From the NCBI RefSeq assembly GCF_004010195.1, contig NC_057749.1, positions 7,461,416 through 7,525,415 on the forward strand: a stretch of 64,000 bases of DNA, read 5' to 3'. Below the pieces are notes generated by a model. That model had not been told where the DNA came from. It was given only the letters and a program-made list of their open reading frames with translations, and searched no databases. This stretch comes from Chiloscyllium plagiosum. Lineage: Eukaryota. The position numbers were made by a program, and so were the translations under genes. Shown here in pieces: positions 49,683-62,624 of the stretch (the first letter of the stretch is position 1; every line of letters begins with the position of its first letter).

Positions 49683-50544
49683 ATTTTATTTTTAAAAATC
49701 CAGCACTGATATATGATGCTGTAAGTTATTCATAAATGAAAATGAATAAACCGTTCATATATTACCAGAATTCTGGGCGGTAAGAGAAGTACAGGTCAAG
49801 GTTAATTATAATGGCATTGTTGGAAGAACTGGTTTGGAGGAGTTAGTGAGGACTAACACAAGGAGGCTGAATTATTATGCACTGTGCATTGCCAAGTTAG
49901 TGATAATTCCATTTATTTAAAAAAGGGTCTGATGATGCCATTGAACCTGACAGCACAAGGGAGCTGAATTAATATGCACAGTTCGTTCTGACGGAGGTCG
50001 ATGGCTCGTGATCCTCATGGACACTAAAGAGGAACGTGATCCTTAAAACACTGATTATAGTTCCCAGAAATCCTTGTAGTAAGCAGGGAATTTGGTTCAT
50101 TCAATCACTGCAGAACACTGCCCTTAATTATAATTATAACCCAAGTCTGGCCTTACCATTCAATGGTGACATGGAAATATTAATTTTCCAGTGTTAAACT
50201 GTGATCCCTCACACAGATCACATCAAAAGTGCTCAGTCTTCTTTGTTCTTAAGTCTGGTAAAGTTGGCGCAAAATAAATTAACTTCTGCTCTAGAAATAA
50301 AATGTAACAAAATTAGGCACCCGATAACGAGAAGTTATCCAAATCTGTACTTTTATCTAAAAACGCACTTTCAGAATTCACTAAGATGAAGGTTTGAAAA
50401 GACCCTATAGGGAATGAACTCTTTGCAGCTGAAGGACAAGGTAGCATCAGGTTATGCAGGGTTAGGGTTGGGATCAGGGTAGAGAGATGTCAGTTCTGTG
50501 GGAAGAGGTGATCAGTTCTGTTTTAGGGCTGAGAAATCCAGTAT

Positions 50545-51240
50545 TACATGAGGACCTGGGAAGTGTTGCCGAACAAAGAGACTTGGGGTGCATGCTCACA
50601 GTTCGTTGAAGGTAGACAGGGTGATGAACAAGGCACTGAGTATTGGTCAGTGCACTGAGTAGAGGAGTTGGGATGTCATTTCGCGGCTGGTTGGGCCACA
50701 TTTGGGAAACTGTGTTCAATTCTGGTCTCCCTTCTACAGGAAAGATATTGATGAACTTGAAAGGGTGCAGAAGAGATTTACAAGGATGTTGTTAGGTTTG
50801 GGTGATTTGAGCTATAGGGAGAGGCTGAATAGGCTGGGGGTCTTTCTCCCTGGAACTTTGGAGGCTGAGGGATGACCTAAGAGGATTATAAAATCATCAG
50901 GGGCATGGAGAGGGTAAATAGACAAGGTCTTTTTTCCGAGGTAGGGGAATCCAAAACTGAAGGACATGGGCTTAAGGTGAGAGGGGAAAGATATAAAAGG
51001 GATCTAAGGGGCAACTTTTTCGCACAGAGGGTCGTGCGTGTATGGAATGAATTGCCAGAGGAAGTAGTGGAGGCTAGTACAATTGCAACATTTAAGAGGC
51101 ATCTGGATGGGTCTATGAATAGGCAGTGTTTAGAGAAATATGGGCCAAATAGGACTAGATTAATTTAGGATGTCTGGTCGGCTCGGACAAGTCAGACCGA
51201 AGGGTTTGCTTCTGTGCTGAGCAATGCTATGACTCTATGA
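50545..51240 (+). mobile_element. CR1 LINE 3' fragment
   Basis: FFAQRVVRVWNELPEEVVEASTIATFKRHLD. Confidence 0.92.
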
Positions 51241-52202
51241 ACTGTTTTCCCTGATTGACTTTGTTGTGTTCAGTTTGATCAAAGGGGTAGACACTGGAAG
51301 ATATCTTAAAGGAGGAGAGAAAAGGATGGAAAGCTGAAAGTGAATTTTAGACCATTGAAATGGCAATGCATGCATGAGAATTCCAGGCACTGGTTGAGAG
51401 AAGTCCATGCAGGCCTATAGGTGGTATACCACTCTTGTCTGTGCAGCTACTCCTAACTGGAGACTGACCTATGACCTACAGCAATACAGAAACCAGCATA
51501 ACTATGAAACTAAGCGTAGATATTAATCTGATGAATTGTCCAGCTTCAAAGCATAAAAGATTAATACAGAAATTGTTGCTAACATATAATAGTAATAAAC
51601 CACTTCAGTTTCACTTCACAATGTATTGTATTACACCTGAACCAAAGACATTTAAACATCACTCCTTTCTCCAGTATACTGTGACCATAAACATATATCT
51701 CGCTATTAGTCTGGGAGTGCAATGTGGCGAAGTAATATATACAGTGGCTATGTTACTGGGCCAGTAATCCAGAGATTTGGACTCATAATCCAGGGAACTG
51801 GAAATGAAATCTAACCATGGCTAGAATTGAATCAGGTTATATGGAGAACAGATTTAGATAAGAGTTAGAATCAGTATAAATGACCATCAAGGTAGGAGAT
51901 TGCTGCAAACAAAAATGTAACTGGCTTCCTGCCATTTCTATTATGACAACAGTCCCATACCAGAATGTCTAATTCCTAACAATGAGGGAGTGACATTAGG
52001 GGCCACTCATTTGGAGAGCTGGAACAAACAGTTTGGGCTTAATGGCCTCCTTTTGAGAGTCTGTCAGTTGACAGAAGAACAGAATACGACACGACGAGAC
52101 TCTTGTGAAACCATGTCTTCTTAACATCCCCTACTCATCTGACTCGGATATAATCCAGAGCAGGGTTCAAACACATTATCAACAATGCTTTGATACAACA
52201 TC

Positions 52203-52398
52203 AGAAGTCACCAGATTATAGTCCAACAGTTTTATTTGAAATCACAAGTTCTCTGGGGGCTGCTCCTTCATCAGGTGACCTCACAAAGGGGCAGGGCTTC
52301 AAAAACTTATGATTTTAAATAAACCTGCCAAACTGTAACCGGTTTCATGTGACTTCTGACTTTGTCCACCCCAGTCCAACACTGGCACCTCCACATCA
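52203..52398. mobile_element. Palindromic PLE family B module, older
   Basis: TSD ttga(t/c)acaacatc at 52190-52202 and 52399-52411. Confidence 0.8.
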
Positions 52399-52547
52399 TT
52401 GACACAACATCGAAGAAGTGATGGATCTCACCAACGCAGCCCTTTTTCAATCCTAAACCATGTTTTCTGCTACCCATCCAAATGAAAATGAAAGGTCTCA
52501 TGGAACAATTCAGGGAGAATAGATCAGTCGCCCCTTGTGTTGGCCAG

Positions 52548-52665
52548 AATTATGCCTGAAACATAGATTCTTCTGCTCCTTAGATGCTGCCTGACCGGCT
52601 GTGCTTCTCCAGCACCACACTCTTTGACTCTGATCTCCAGCATCTGCAGTCCTCACTTTCTTCCT
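52548..52665 (+). mobile_element. PLE family A arm
   Basis: gatgctgcctgacc...ctctgatctccagcatctgcagtcctcactttc. Confidence 0.82.
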
Positions 52666-53182
52666 GGAATTTAGGACACTCAACTTGAGTCAACTGGTGA
52701 ATAGCATTACAGCACGACAGTTCCACCTTAGTAGTGTAACGAACTGTCTGATGTGCTTTTGAAAAACACAATAATTCGCGCTTGGTATAATATAGGTTTC
52801 TTTACCACTAATTATTGTGGTGCAGATTCCACCATATAAAATGTACTTGTTGGGTAACACAGAGAAGTAGCAATTGAGTGTAGGACAGTAATTGAATCTT
52901 TGAGTTCTGTGAGCAGAGATCTCAAAGCATCCCTCATCAATCTCCCCTTGGTTCTCATCAATTACAGCATTAACACTCCATGGAATTGAATTTGCTGTCC
53001 ATCTATCATTATACAAGGGGAAAATTCTCATTTTTTAATTGCGAACTGGTTTAAATTCTGAGAGACAAGCAAGCAGATAAATACAGAACACCCGAAATTA
53101 AGGAGCTTGGGTCTGGAGACCAAAGGTGGACAATAAAAGTTATAAAGAAGAAAGCTGATAATTTAATCAAATGGAGCTCAAA

Positions 53183-53850
53183 GAAGCATAGAAACACAGA
53201 AGATAGGAGAAGGAGGAGGCCATTCAGCCCTTCGAGCCTGCTCTGCCATTCATCACGATCATGGCTGATCATCCAACTCATCCTGCTATCTCCCCATGAC
53301 CTTTGATCCCATCCTCCCCCAAGTGCTATATCTATCCGCCTCTTAAACACACTCAATGTTTTGGCATCAACTACTTCCTGTGGTAATGAATTCCACAGGC
53401 TCACCATTCTCTGAGTGAAGAAATGTCCCCTCATCTCCATCCTAAATTGTCTATGTTGAATCCTCAGACTGTGACCCCTGGTCCTGGACATACTCACCAT
53501 CAGAAGCATCCCCTCTGCACCTACCCTGCCTGATCCAGTTAGAATTTTCTAAGTCCCTATTGGAATCCCCCTCATTCGGGTGAACTTTACCAAAAAAAAA
53601 TCCACCTGGTCAATCTTTCCTCACACGTCAGTCCCCGCCATCCCTGGAATCAGCCTGGGAAACCTTCACTGCACTCCTCTCGAGAGCAAGAGCATCCTTC
53701 CTCAGAATAGGAGACCAAAACTGCCCACAATGTTCTAGGTGTAGCCTCACCCAGGCCCTGTATAATTGCAACAACACATCCCTGCTCTTGCACTTGAAAC
53801 CCCTCACAAGAAGGCTAACACACACCATACCGCCTGCTGCACTTGCATGC
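53183..53850 (-). mobile_element. CR1 LINE 3' fragment
   Basis: FFTQRMVSLWNSLPQEVV; VRLHLEHCGQFWSP. Confidence 0.9.
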
Positions 53851-53924
53851 TTACGAAGCCAAGCAGTCGAACTAAGTGCTAACTTGGCTCCATGATAGCA
53901 TTTGGAATCCTTAATAAGGGGCTC

Positions 53925-54190
53925 AAAGATTCCAGGCATGCTGGAATGAGGGGATTACCCTCAAAGGAAAGGCTGGACAGGCTCAGTCTACATCCTCTGG
54001 AGTTCCCAAAGGTCCATGCTGACTTAATTGGGAGGATTTGACCCAGTAGATGTGGAAGGAGATATTGTGGGAAAATCAAGAACTAGGGATTTTGGGTTAA
54101 AAATAAGGAGTCGCCCATTTAAGGCAGAGACAAGGGCAAGATTCCAGATGCAACTGGTTAGTGAAGTGATTCTGAGAGACCCAATGCAGG
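53925..54190 (+). mobile_element. Degenerate CR1 fragment
   Basis: ERLDRLSL...GKSRTRDFGLKIRSRPFKAE. Confidence 0.6.
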
Positions 54191-54734
54191 TGATGAAGGG
54201 GCCAAAATATGAAAGAAATCTGGTCAGCATGGAGCCGGCCTATCTCAGTGTAATAGTGGTTTAATGTTAGAGTGCATGTACCTTGAGTTAAGCGGGGGTG
54301 GGGGCGCAGGAACGCAGACTCCAGCTGATCAGATCTCAATATTCCAGACCCGCCACCTAACCTGGGCTCTCCCCATCTCGTACCAACCAGTGAACTTGGT
54401 CACACAGAAAGTGACAGGAATGCTCCCACACACTGCTGTCAGTCTGCTCTCGTCACTTTATGAACTCAGGTGTGAATAGGCCCCTTGTGGGTGAGGCGTG
54501 ACAGTGAAAGCTGGATCCAAAAAGTGTTCCCAGGTTAAGAAAAAAGGACAGGAGATAAATGACAAACATGTTCCTCTCTGAAATGGAAAGACAAAACGCT
54601 TGGGCTTTGACATTTGTGACTGGCGTGCTCACGCTCACACAGCGGAACTTCAAATAACAGCAAGAGAAGGGCATTCACCGCTGTCTCACTGCAGCAAATC
54701 AGACTGGAACTCAGCATTTAACAGCAGAAAGTGA

Positions 54735-55190
54735 AGAAACTTGTGCATTTGTACAGCGCCTCTCAGCCTTTACAGCCAATGACAGACTCCTGAAGCCTTT
54801 TCTTTAAATTTGTAAGTGTTGGCAAGGCAGCAGTCATTTTGTACACAGCAGATTCCCTTCAGCAGCCATGTGATACTGACCAAGGCAGACAAGCAGGAGG
54901 CTGCAAGGACACAGCAGGCCAGGCAGCATCAGGAGGTGGAGAAGTCAACATTTTGGGTTTCAGCAAAAATCCAGATAATTAGCTTTAGAAATATCAAGCA
55001 AAGGAGAAATATTGACTAGGACACTCCATTGGCTTTTGAAATAACAGCACGGGATGTTTTAGCCTTTCTGATTGGGCAGATGGGGCTCAGATTAATATCT
55101 CAGCTGAACAGCGGCACCTCTGACAGTGTTGCACTTCCTCCTTATCTCAATGGAGAGTCAGCCTCATAGACTCCTGAAAAAGGACTTGGG
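54735..55190 (-). mobile_element. Deu-domain-like SINE with a nested PLE-type arm (54878-54960)
   Basis: tgcatttgtacagcgcct tail; ctgaacagcggcacctctgacagtg core. Confidence 0.5.
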
Positions 55191-55779
55191 TTCAGAGTGC
55201 AACGATGTGATCAGGCCGCTATTAAATATAGATAATCAAATGAAGGGAATCAGGAGAGAAGCCGGCATATTAAGAGAGAGAGAGCTTGGATGTTGGGGCA
55301 AGGAAAACAAGAGAGAGAGAGAGAGATGGGGTTAAAATGACCAAATGTCAAGATTTTTAATTCCAGTCTTCTGATTAGTCTGAACCTAGGTCTGGTGTGA
55401 GACAGATACAGATTGAAAAGGCCATATTTAAGAGTTTCCAATTATCAAGCAGCTCCATGGTAATTAGTCCAGCTGAAAGAATGCATTAGAGCCTGCCACA
55501 CACTAGCTTTCTGTCATAAGCCCTAATGGCTTTCACGCCCGGTCTCACTAATCGATAACCTTGGCCAGCAAGATTATCTTCAAAGTTCCAATTAAGCGCC
55601 AATTAAGCAGTCTCAACAGTCCAGTGATTGACAGAATTTGATACATATTTCTTGATAACGCGCTGTAAGGAGATACTAAAACCCTTATTTTTCCAACAAA
55701 GCAGGATCTGAGGTAAATGGACCACCAATACATTACTGCCAAGGCCCCTTCCTTATTTTCTCAAACCTACATACAGTTC

Positions 55780-55885
55780 ACCAGTTCAGAACAGTCATAT
55801 TGGACTCACGGTATTAACACTGTTGTCTCTCCACAGATGCTCCTAAACCTGCTGAGGTCCTCCAGCACTTTAGCTTTTATTCCAG
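55780..55885 (+). mobile_element. PLE family C arm
   Basis: gtcatattggactcacggtattaac...ctctccacagatgct...cctgctgag. Confidence 0.55.
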
Positions 55886-56114
55886 TGCACTCACGTTTGC
55901 TCAATTCTGTTAATTTTTTTCTGATCAAACTCAATAGTAAATTTAATGGGCTTTTTTGCTGGTTAATATTTCAAATAGCAGGAGGCAGGAATTTGAATAT
56001 ATTTATGCAATGTTACCCTGGGGAGGTAGGGCTGCTATTTATGTTCTGGTAGGAGTGGGGAGTTGGGAATGGGGTATTGAAAAAGTGGGATGAAACAGAA
56101 CAATAGAATTCTAG

Positions 56115-56540
56115 TTATAGAGTAATAGAGACATAGAGCACGAAAACATTCCCTTTGGTCCAACCCGTCCATGCTGACCAGATACCTCAATTAATCTAGT
56201 CCCATTTGCCAGCATTTGGTCTATATCCCTCTAAACCCTTCACATTCACATACCCATCCAGATGTCTTTTAAATGGTGTACCAGCTACCCCCCTCTCCAC
56301 TTCCTCTGGCAGCTTGTTCCATACACGCACCACCCTCTGCATGAAAAAGTTGCCCTTAGGTCCCTTTTCAATCTTACCTTAAACCTATGCCCCTCTAGTT
56401 TTGGACTCCCCCACCTTGGGGAAAAGACTTTGGCTATTCACCCTATCCATGCTCCTCATGATGTTGTAAACTTCCATCAGGCCACCCCTCAGCCTCCGAC
56501 ACTGCAGAGAAAACAGCCCCAGTCTATTCATCTCCTTATG
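56115..56540 (-). mobile_element. CR1 LINE 3' fragment
   Basis: NRLGLFSLQCRRLRGGLMEVYNIMRSMDRV. Confidence 0.9.
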
Positions 56541-56702
56541 AAAGCTCATGGGGAGTGCAAAAGCTGCAGACCAGAAGCAGGGCCAGGAAGACTTGAACCA
56601 CTGGAGTTCAAAACACATCCCGACAACTGGTGGAATTTAAATACAATTAATCACTTTGGTATTGAAAATGAATGTCAATAAATAACAACCAGGAGAACTA
56701 AT

Positions 56703-57270
56703 GAGGAGGCAATGGCCTAGTGGTATTATCACGAGACCATTAATCCAGAAACTCGGCTAATGTTCGGGGGACCTGGGTTTGAATCGTGCTGTGGCAAATT
56801 TGAACTCAAGGCGGGGAGAGAAAGAATATCTGGAATTATGAAACAACGATGTTCGTGAAAACATTGTCAAAAAAACTAATTTGTTTCACAAATATCCTTC
56901 AGGAAAAATGATTCGACATGAAAGTAAGTCTCATTAATAGGGTCCATGAAACATTCATCAATGAGAAACACTGCTCATAAAAACTAAAGTTCTGGGGACC
57001 CAGGTTCAAATCCCATTATGAAAGATGGTGAATCTGAATTCAATACAAATCTGGAAATGAGAGTCTAATGTTGACTGTGAATCCATTGTTGATTGCCCGT
57101 CTGGTTCTCTAATGCCCTTTCAGGGAAGGGAATCTGCCATCCTTATGTGGTCTGGCCTACATGTGTCTCCAGACCCACAGCAATGTGGTTGAATCTCAAC
57201 TGGATGGGGTGAGGGATGGGTAATAAGTATTGGCCTAGCCAGTGATGCCCACATCTTGGAATGAAAACTT
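56703..57270 (+). mobile_element. Two adjacent partial copies of the 22081-family tRNA-SINE
   Basis: gaggcaatggcctagtggtattatc head at 56707; second ggggacccaggttcaaatccc at about 56995. Confidence 0.75.
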
Positions 57271-57444
57271 AAACAAAACTCGTTCAAGTTTGTAAAAACC
57301 ATCTTGTTTACCCACATCTCTTCAGGGAAATCTTCCATAAAAGAAAAATGCTGGAGAAACTCAGCAGGTCTGGCAGCACCTGTGGAGGGAGAAACTGGGT
57401 TACTTTTTCGAAGTTGCTCAGACTCTTCACCAGAATGATGTCCC

Positions 57445-57680
57445 CAGTCAAACAGAGATGAGGAGGAATTTCTTCTGCTCCCAGAGTAGTCAATCTGTCG
57501 ATTTTTTTTAAACCAGAGAGACTGTAATGTTCAGTATATCCAGGGCTGTGCTCGGCAGTATTTTAATCAGCCAGAGAACCAAGAGTTATGGGAGAGGGAG
57601 GACATTGGAGGATTTTCAGAGCAGCTATGATCGCATTAAATGGCAGAGCAGACACGATGGGCTGAATGGCCTACTTTTGA
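57445..57680 (+). mobile_element. CR1 3' end, degenerate
   Basis: gagatgaggaggaatttctt...gatgggctgaatggcctact. Confidence 0.65.
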
Positions 57681-58438
57681 TCCGACGTGTAATGGCAACA
57701 AATGCTGGCCTTATCAGTGATGCCCACATCCTCATCAAAGAACCAAAAAAAAATATAGCTCAAGAGAAATATCCCAAATCAGGTTTCTCCTACCTCTCAA
57801 GAGGGTGTGCTTTCACAGTGACAGATAATGTTTTTCTCTCAGAAGCAAAATATTTTTTAACAAAGAGAGATTTAAAGTAAGGGAAAGAGCAAGTGAGCAA
57901 AATCTGCAAATCTCTGACTGTAGGAGACTCAGCATCAACCACCTTAAGGTATTACACGTTCTACTAATCTCTTCAGTTCTAAGTGAAAGCAGGAGAGAGG
58001 GAGGGGGGGATTCACTGAAGGGGAAGCTGTAATAGTAGCTGAGAGTACAGACATTTGCTGTTATAACTGGTTAGCAGAGGTGTGCTGTTAACCTGACATT
58101 ATCCAGTGTTGCTGTACCTGGGGTTTGGCATGAAGCTGTCAAACCAAATCTCTGTCCTCCAGTGAACCCACAAGAGAATGGAGATATGGAACAATGTAAA
58201 TCAATGGGCAATTGCGGCTTATTTTTGACTGCCTGACAACACTCGCGGTGGTATTAGAGTTTGCAAGTCTCTGCTTCAAATCCACTCACAGTATGTGACA
58301 CAGGAACATGGACACAGGAGGAGACTGTTTAGCCTCACGAGTCTTTTCCAGCAGTCAATGAGGTCGTGGCTGATTTGCAAGATAATTCCACATGCAAACA
58401 TACGGAATAGGAGCAGGAGAGGCTGTTTGACTCTTCAA

Positions 58439-58629
58439 AAAAATCAACGAGTGTAGTGCTGGAAAAGCACTTCCAGTCAGGCAGCATCCGAGGTGCAGGG
58501 GAATCGATGTTTCGAGCACAAGCTTTTCATCAGGAAACGTTGCTCCTCGGATGCTGCCTGATCTGCAGCGCTTTTCCAGCGCCACACTTTCTGACTCTGA
58601 TCTCCAGCATCTGCAGTCCTCACTTTGTC
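58439..58629. mobile_element. Palindromic PLE family A module
   Basis: Inverted arms; TSD ctcttcaa at 58431-58438 and 58630-58637. Confidence 0.82.
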
Positions 58630-58669
58630 CTCTTCAATGAAGTTGCCAGAATCCTGGAAGATAATAGGT

Positions 58670-58850
58670 TTGCTCTCTCAGAGAGATAACTGGTGGTGGT
58701 TTAACCTGAGAATCACCATGGTTCAGGTGAGGGGTGAGGTTGAGAAGGGGAGTCCTTCGTGATTAGCTCAGTTGGTGCATGAATTGAACCCATGTTGTTG
58801 ACAGAGCCCTCCAACACAAAACAGCCAGCAAGCCAACTGAGTTAGCCAAC
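58670..58850 (-). mobile_element. tRNA-head SINE (family of 1585-1745)
   Basis: tggtggtggtttaacctgag...gaattgaaccca...gccaactgagttag. Confidence 0.55.
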
Positions 58851-59039
58851 TAGTAATGCTCATTTGAAGAGCAAGTACAGATATGAAAGGACAAATGGCC
58901 TCCCTCTGTGCCATATGATCTCTGTGATTCTGTCACTCTTGAGACATCTGGTTCAAATTTTTGGAGAGTACCACTGAATCCTACAGACCTCCCCCCCCCA
59001 CCAACCCCATCCCCACTTGTGAAAGTCATCTTGCACAGC

Positions 59040-59582
59040 ACATTGGTACAGTCACTGCCTACAGTTCTGGTCACCCTACTGTCAGAAGGATATGATTAAC
59101 TTGGAGAGTGTGCAGAAAAGGTTTACAAGGATGTTACTGGCACTGGAGGGTTTGAGTTATAAGGAGAGGCTAGATAGGCTGGAACACCTTTTCCCTAGAG
59201 CATAGGGGGGACCTTATAGAGGTTTATAAAATCATGAGGGACATACATACGATGAATGGCAAAGGTCTTTTCCCTAGTGTAGGGGAGTCCAAAACTAGAG
59301 CGCATAATTTTAAGGTGAGAGGAGAAAGATTTAAAAGAGACCTGGGGAGCAACTCTTTCACACAGAGAGTGGTTCATATGCAGAATGAACTGACAGAGGA
59401 AGTGGTAGATGTAAGTGCAGTTACAATGTTTAAAAGACATTTGGTTAGGTGCATAAATAGGGAAGGTTTGGAGGGTTTTGGAACAAATGCAATCAAGTAG
59501 GACTAGTTTAATTTTGGAAACTTGGTCAGCATTGACGAGTTGACAGAAGGGTTAGTTTTCATGCTGCCGGACTCTATGACTC
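59040..59582 (+). mobile_element. CR1 LINE 3' fragment
   Basis: FTQRVVHMQNELTEEVVD...FKRHL. Confidence 0.9.
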
Positions 59583-59669
59583 CAAATGGTTTCTCCTCGT
59601 TGACCCTACTTTCTCCCATTAATATTTTGGAAACTTCAATCAAATCACCCCTTAATCATTTATATTTCA

Positions 59670-60060
59670 GGGATCTGATCAAAAGGGAATTTGACAAGAG
59701 CTTGACAAGTGAGAGTGTAGTAAAGGGATTTGGACGAAGAACAAAGAAGAGAGATTAAAGCAGATGGTTCTAGTTGGCAAGATCATAGTTTAAAAAAAAA
59801 GGATTGCCTAAATAGGACAGAGATGACGAAACATTTTTTTCTCTCTCTCAGAGGGTTGGGAGTCTTTGAATTCACTTCCTCAAAAGGCAGTGGATGCAAA
59901 ATCTTTAGATATTTTTAAGGCTGAACTAGATAGTTTCTCGATGAACAAGGTGATGAAAGATTATCGTGAATGCACAGGAGTTTAGAGTTGAGGTTAAAAT
60001 CAGATCAGCCACAATCTTGTTGAATGGCAGATGAGGAGGTGAGGCCAAGCAGCCTATTGA
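59670..60060 (+). mobile_element. Degenerate CR1 3' fragment
   Basis: gatcagccacaatcttgttgaatggcag tail as at 12420. Confidence 0.65.
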
Positions 60061-61237
60061 TGTTCCACATCCATGTGATGTTGACTGGTCTCTTTCCGTT
60101 TTCAACGTACAGAGAGCAATTTTCTTCAGACTTCGGGAAACCTACCTGGCTGACATTTTTAACCATTCTGCCCGAGTTTTGCCTGGTCACTCCACAGCTG
60201 TGTCTCTGATGCTTCATAAATTGCCCGTGAGCTTAATACTTTGGGAGCCTTCATAACATTAAGAGGGGAGCAGAACATTTTAAATCAAGAACTGCAATGA
60301 GACAAATCAAGTCCCATCCGAGCTTACACACTGGAAATTCTTTGATTCTCCAACAGGCCCCTGGCCCGAGACACCTCATATTGTTCTCCTGCCAATTGCA
60401 CCCGGCACTCCCTCCTGCTTATGCCAAGCAATTCAGAATGGGTCATGGACATCCTGCCACATCTAATTGGCCACCTTTTCAGGCAACAAATGCCTATTCT
60501 AGGGTGGAGAGACACAACTTGCGCAGGTTGGCTGCAGCGACACAGAATGGGGGAAGGGGGGGAATGGGAATGCCACACGCTGGATGAGATTGGAGGCCCA
60601 CTCAGAACTAGGCCTCAGAGCCTGACGTCCGCAGAAACCCATGTCTCGAAAGAACACAATTCCCCTGTGTGGAATTTCCAAACTCCATGCTGTAGGGCTG
60701 GACATTGCTGTGAGAAAGCAGGACACACCAACATTTTAATACTTCTGTGGCAACACCCCCAGCTGGGATCAGGGATAGGGTGCCAACTCAGGGACCATTT
60801 TGCGATGGCACCAGTAGTCGAAGACTCTGCTATGGAGGCCGTCAGCTCATTGGTGACAATACAGTTAGGGTGATTAAACCAGGGATTAGTGGGAACAGAC
60901 TGGGTGGCAGTTGGACACAGAGGCTATGTACCCCAGTGACAGAGATAATAATTGGCCCAATACTCCAGCAGAGAGGTATCCCCTGCTTCCGTATACCTAT
61001 TTCTGCCTCCTCACTTTCAGATAGTCCTGCAGGAAACACCATAGCTCCCCTCAGCAGCACACACCACCTCTGGTTGGTTGGACACTACCTGCCAAACATG
61101 GCAGCCTGCCCTCCAACTGTACCACCTTTTGTCTTCCCACTATCTGTAAATCGATGGGAGGGCTTGTGGAGATGGTAATAATAGAAGCTCCCTCTGGCAA
61201 GATTGGACCCAGTGCTCTGACATGAAGACTGTGAGGT

Positions 61238-61540
61238 GGGGCAGCACGGTGGCTCAGAGGTTAGCAATGCTGCCTCACAGCGACTGGGACCCCGGTTCAA
61301 TTCCAGCCTCAGGTAACTGTCGGCATGGAGTTTCCTCCCACAGTCCAAAGATGTGCAGGTTGGGATGGGACTGGCCGTGCTAAATTGCTCACAGTGTCCA
61401 AGGATGTGTAGGCCAGGTGGGTTAACCATGGGAGACATGGGGTTATGGGGATAGAGTGGGATGCTGGGACGCTCTTTGCTGGATTGGTGCAGATCCGACG
61501 GGCCGAAAGCCCTTCTTCCTGCTCTGTCGGGATTCTGCGA
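61238..61540 (+). mobile_element. HE1/V-SINE-like SINE with an internal deletion
   Basis: gggcagcacggtggctcagaggttagc head. Confidence 0.85.
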
Positions 61541-61789
61541 TGGCTTCCCACTTCCTCACCCAGAATAGTCCTGGAAAATGGAAGCACAATCTAACTGGGT
61601 AAATCCAGTCGGGATTTGCTGACTTTTCTCTTGGAAAGCTGATACTATCGTTAAGAAATTGTCAAAATAGGAGTGGGATGCGATGACATTTGTAGAGAAT
61701 GCACCTACGATTCTTTGGGGAAAGCCAAATGCACAGTGATATTTGTAACAACAAATGATAGAGCAAAACAAAGGTGTGCCCAAAGGCAA

Positions 61790-61972
61790 TTAGATTTGAT
61801 TCCCTATGGAAACAGGCCCTTTGACCCAACAAGTCCACACCGCCCCTCTGAACAGCAACCCACCCAGACCCATTCCCCTCCCATATATTCACCCCTGACT
61901 CATGCACCTAACACGATGGGCAATTTAGCATGGCCAATTCATAAGGCCTGCACATTGTTTGGATTGTGAAAG
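61790..61972 (-). mobile_element. HE1/V-SINE-like 3' half
   Basis: ggaaacaggccctttgacccaacaagtccacaccg. Confidence 0.85.
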
Positions 61973-62624
61973 GAGATCCCAGCAAATCTGAATTCCTGTC
62001 CTCCCTTTCATTCACGCAAACACATAATCAATTAGCAAGTTATTGGTCTCACCTTTAATTCTTTCTTAAATCAAATGCATAGTTGACAAAAAGCAATTCA
62101 AAACCAAGTGACAATTAGCCACGATTAATAACAGGTGCAGTCTTGTTCTGGCCAGCAAATTAAAGTCAAAGTGCAGTTAATCTTAAAATAACTTCTTCTC
62201 AGGGAGCATAAGCAAAGGCTTTGCCATGGCAAGGTTGCCAAATTCAGTCACTGTCGGAGCTCCATAGTAATCTAATGGGCTTGACGTCATGCACTTTCCT
62301 TCCAGAAGAGTTGTGATGGGAGAATTGGACAGCAGCAGATTAAAGCTGTGTTCAGTCGCTGAAAGAGTAGGTTTATCTGTCTCCTGAGGTGGTCCCTAAG
62401 CTTTGAATCCATTCTCCACACCTGCTACCCTGTGCCCATCCCCCATACCACCTGCTCCAGGTTTCTATGTGGCAGCTTCATTGTAGGCAGGACTGCCTCA
62501 GGTACTGGTCCTTGTGAAGAAAAGGTCAACGTGACCAGCAGAAACCAGGAAAGGGCTTCACTCAGAAAATATACTTAATTATGCCTCACAGGTAGGTGAA
62601 GGCTTTGTTATTCTAGAAGCTAAA

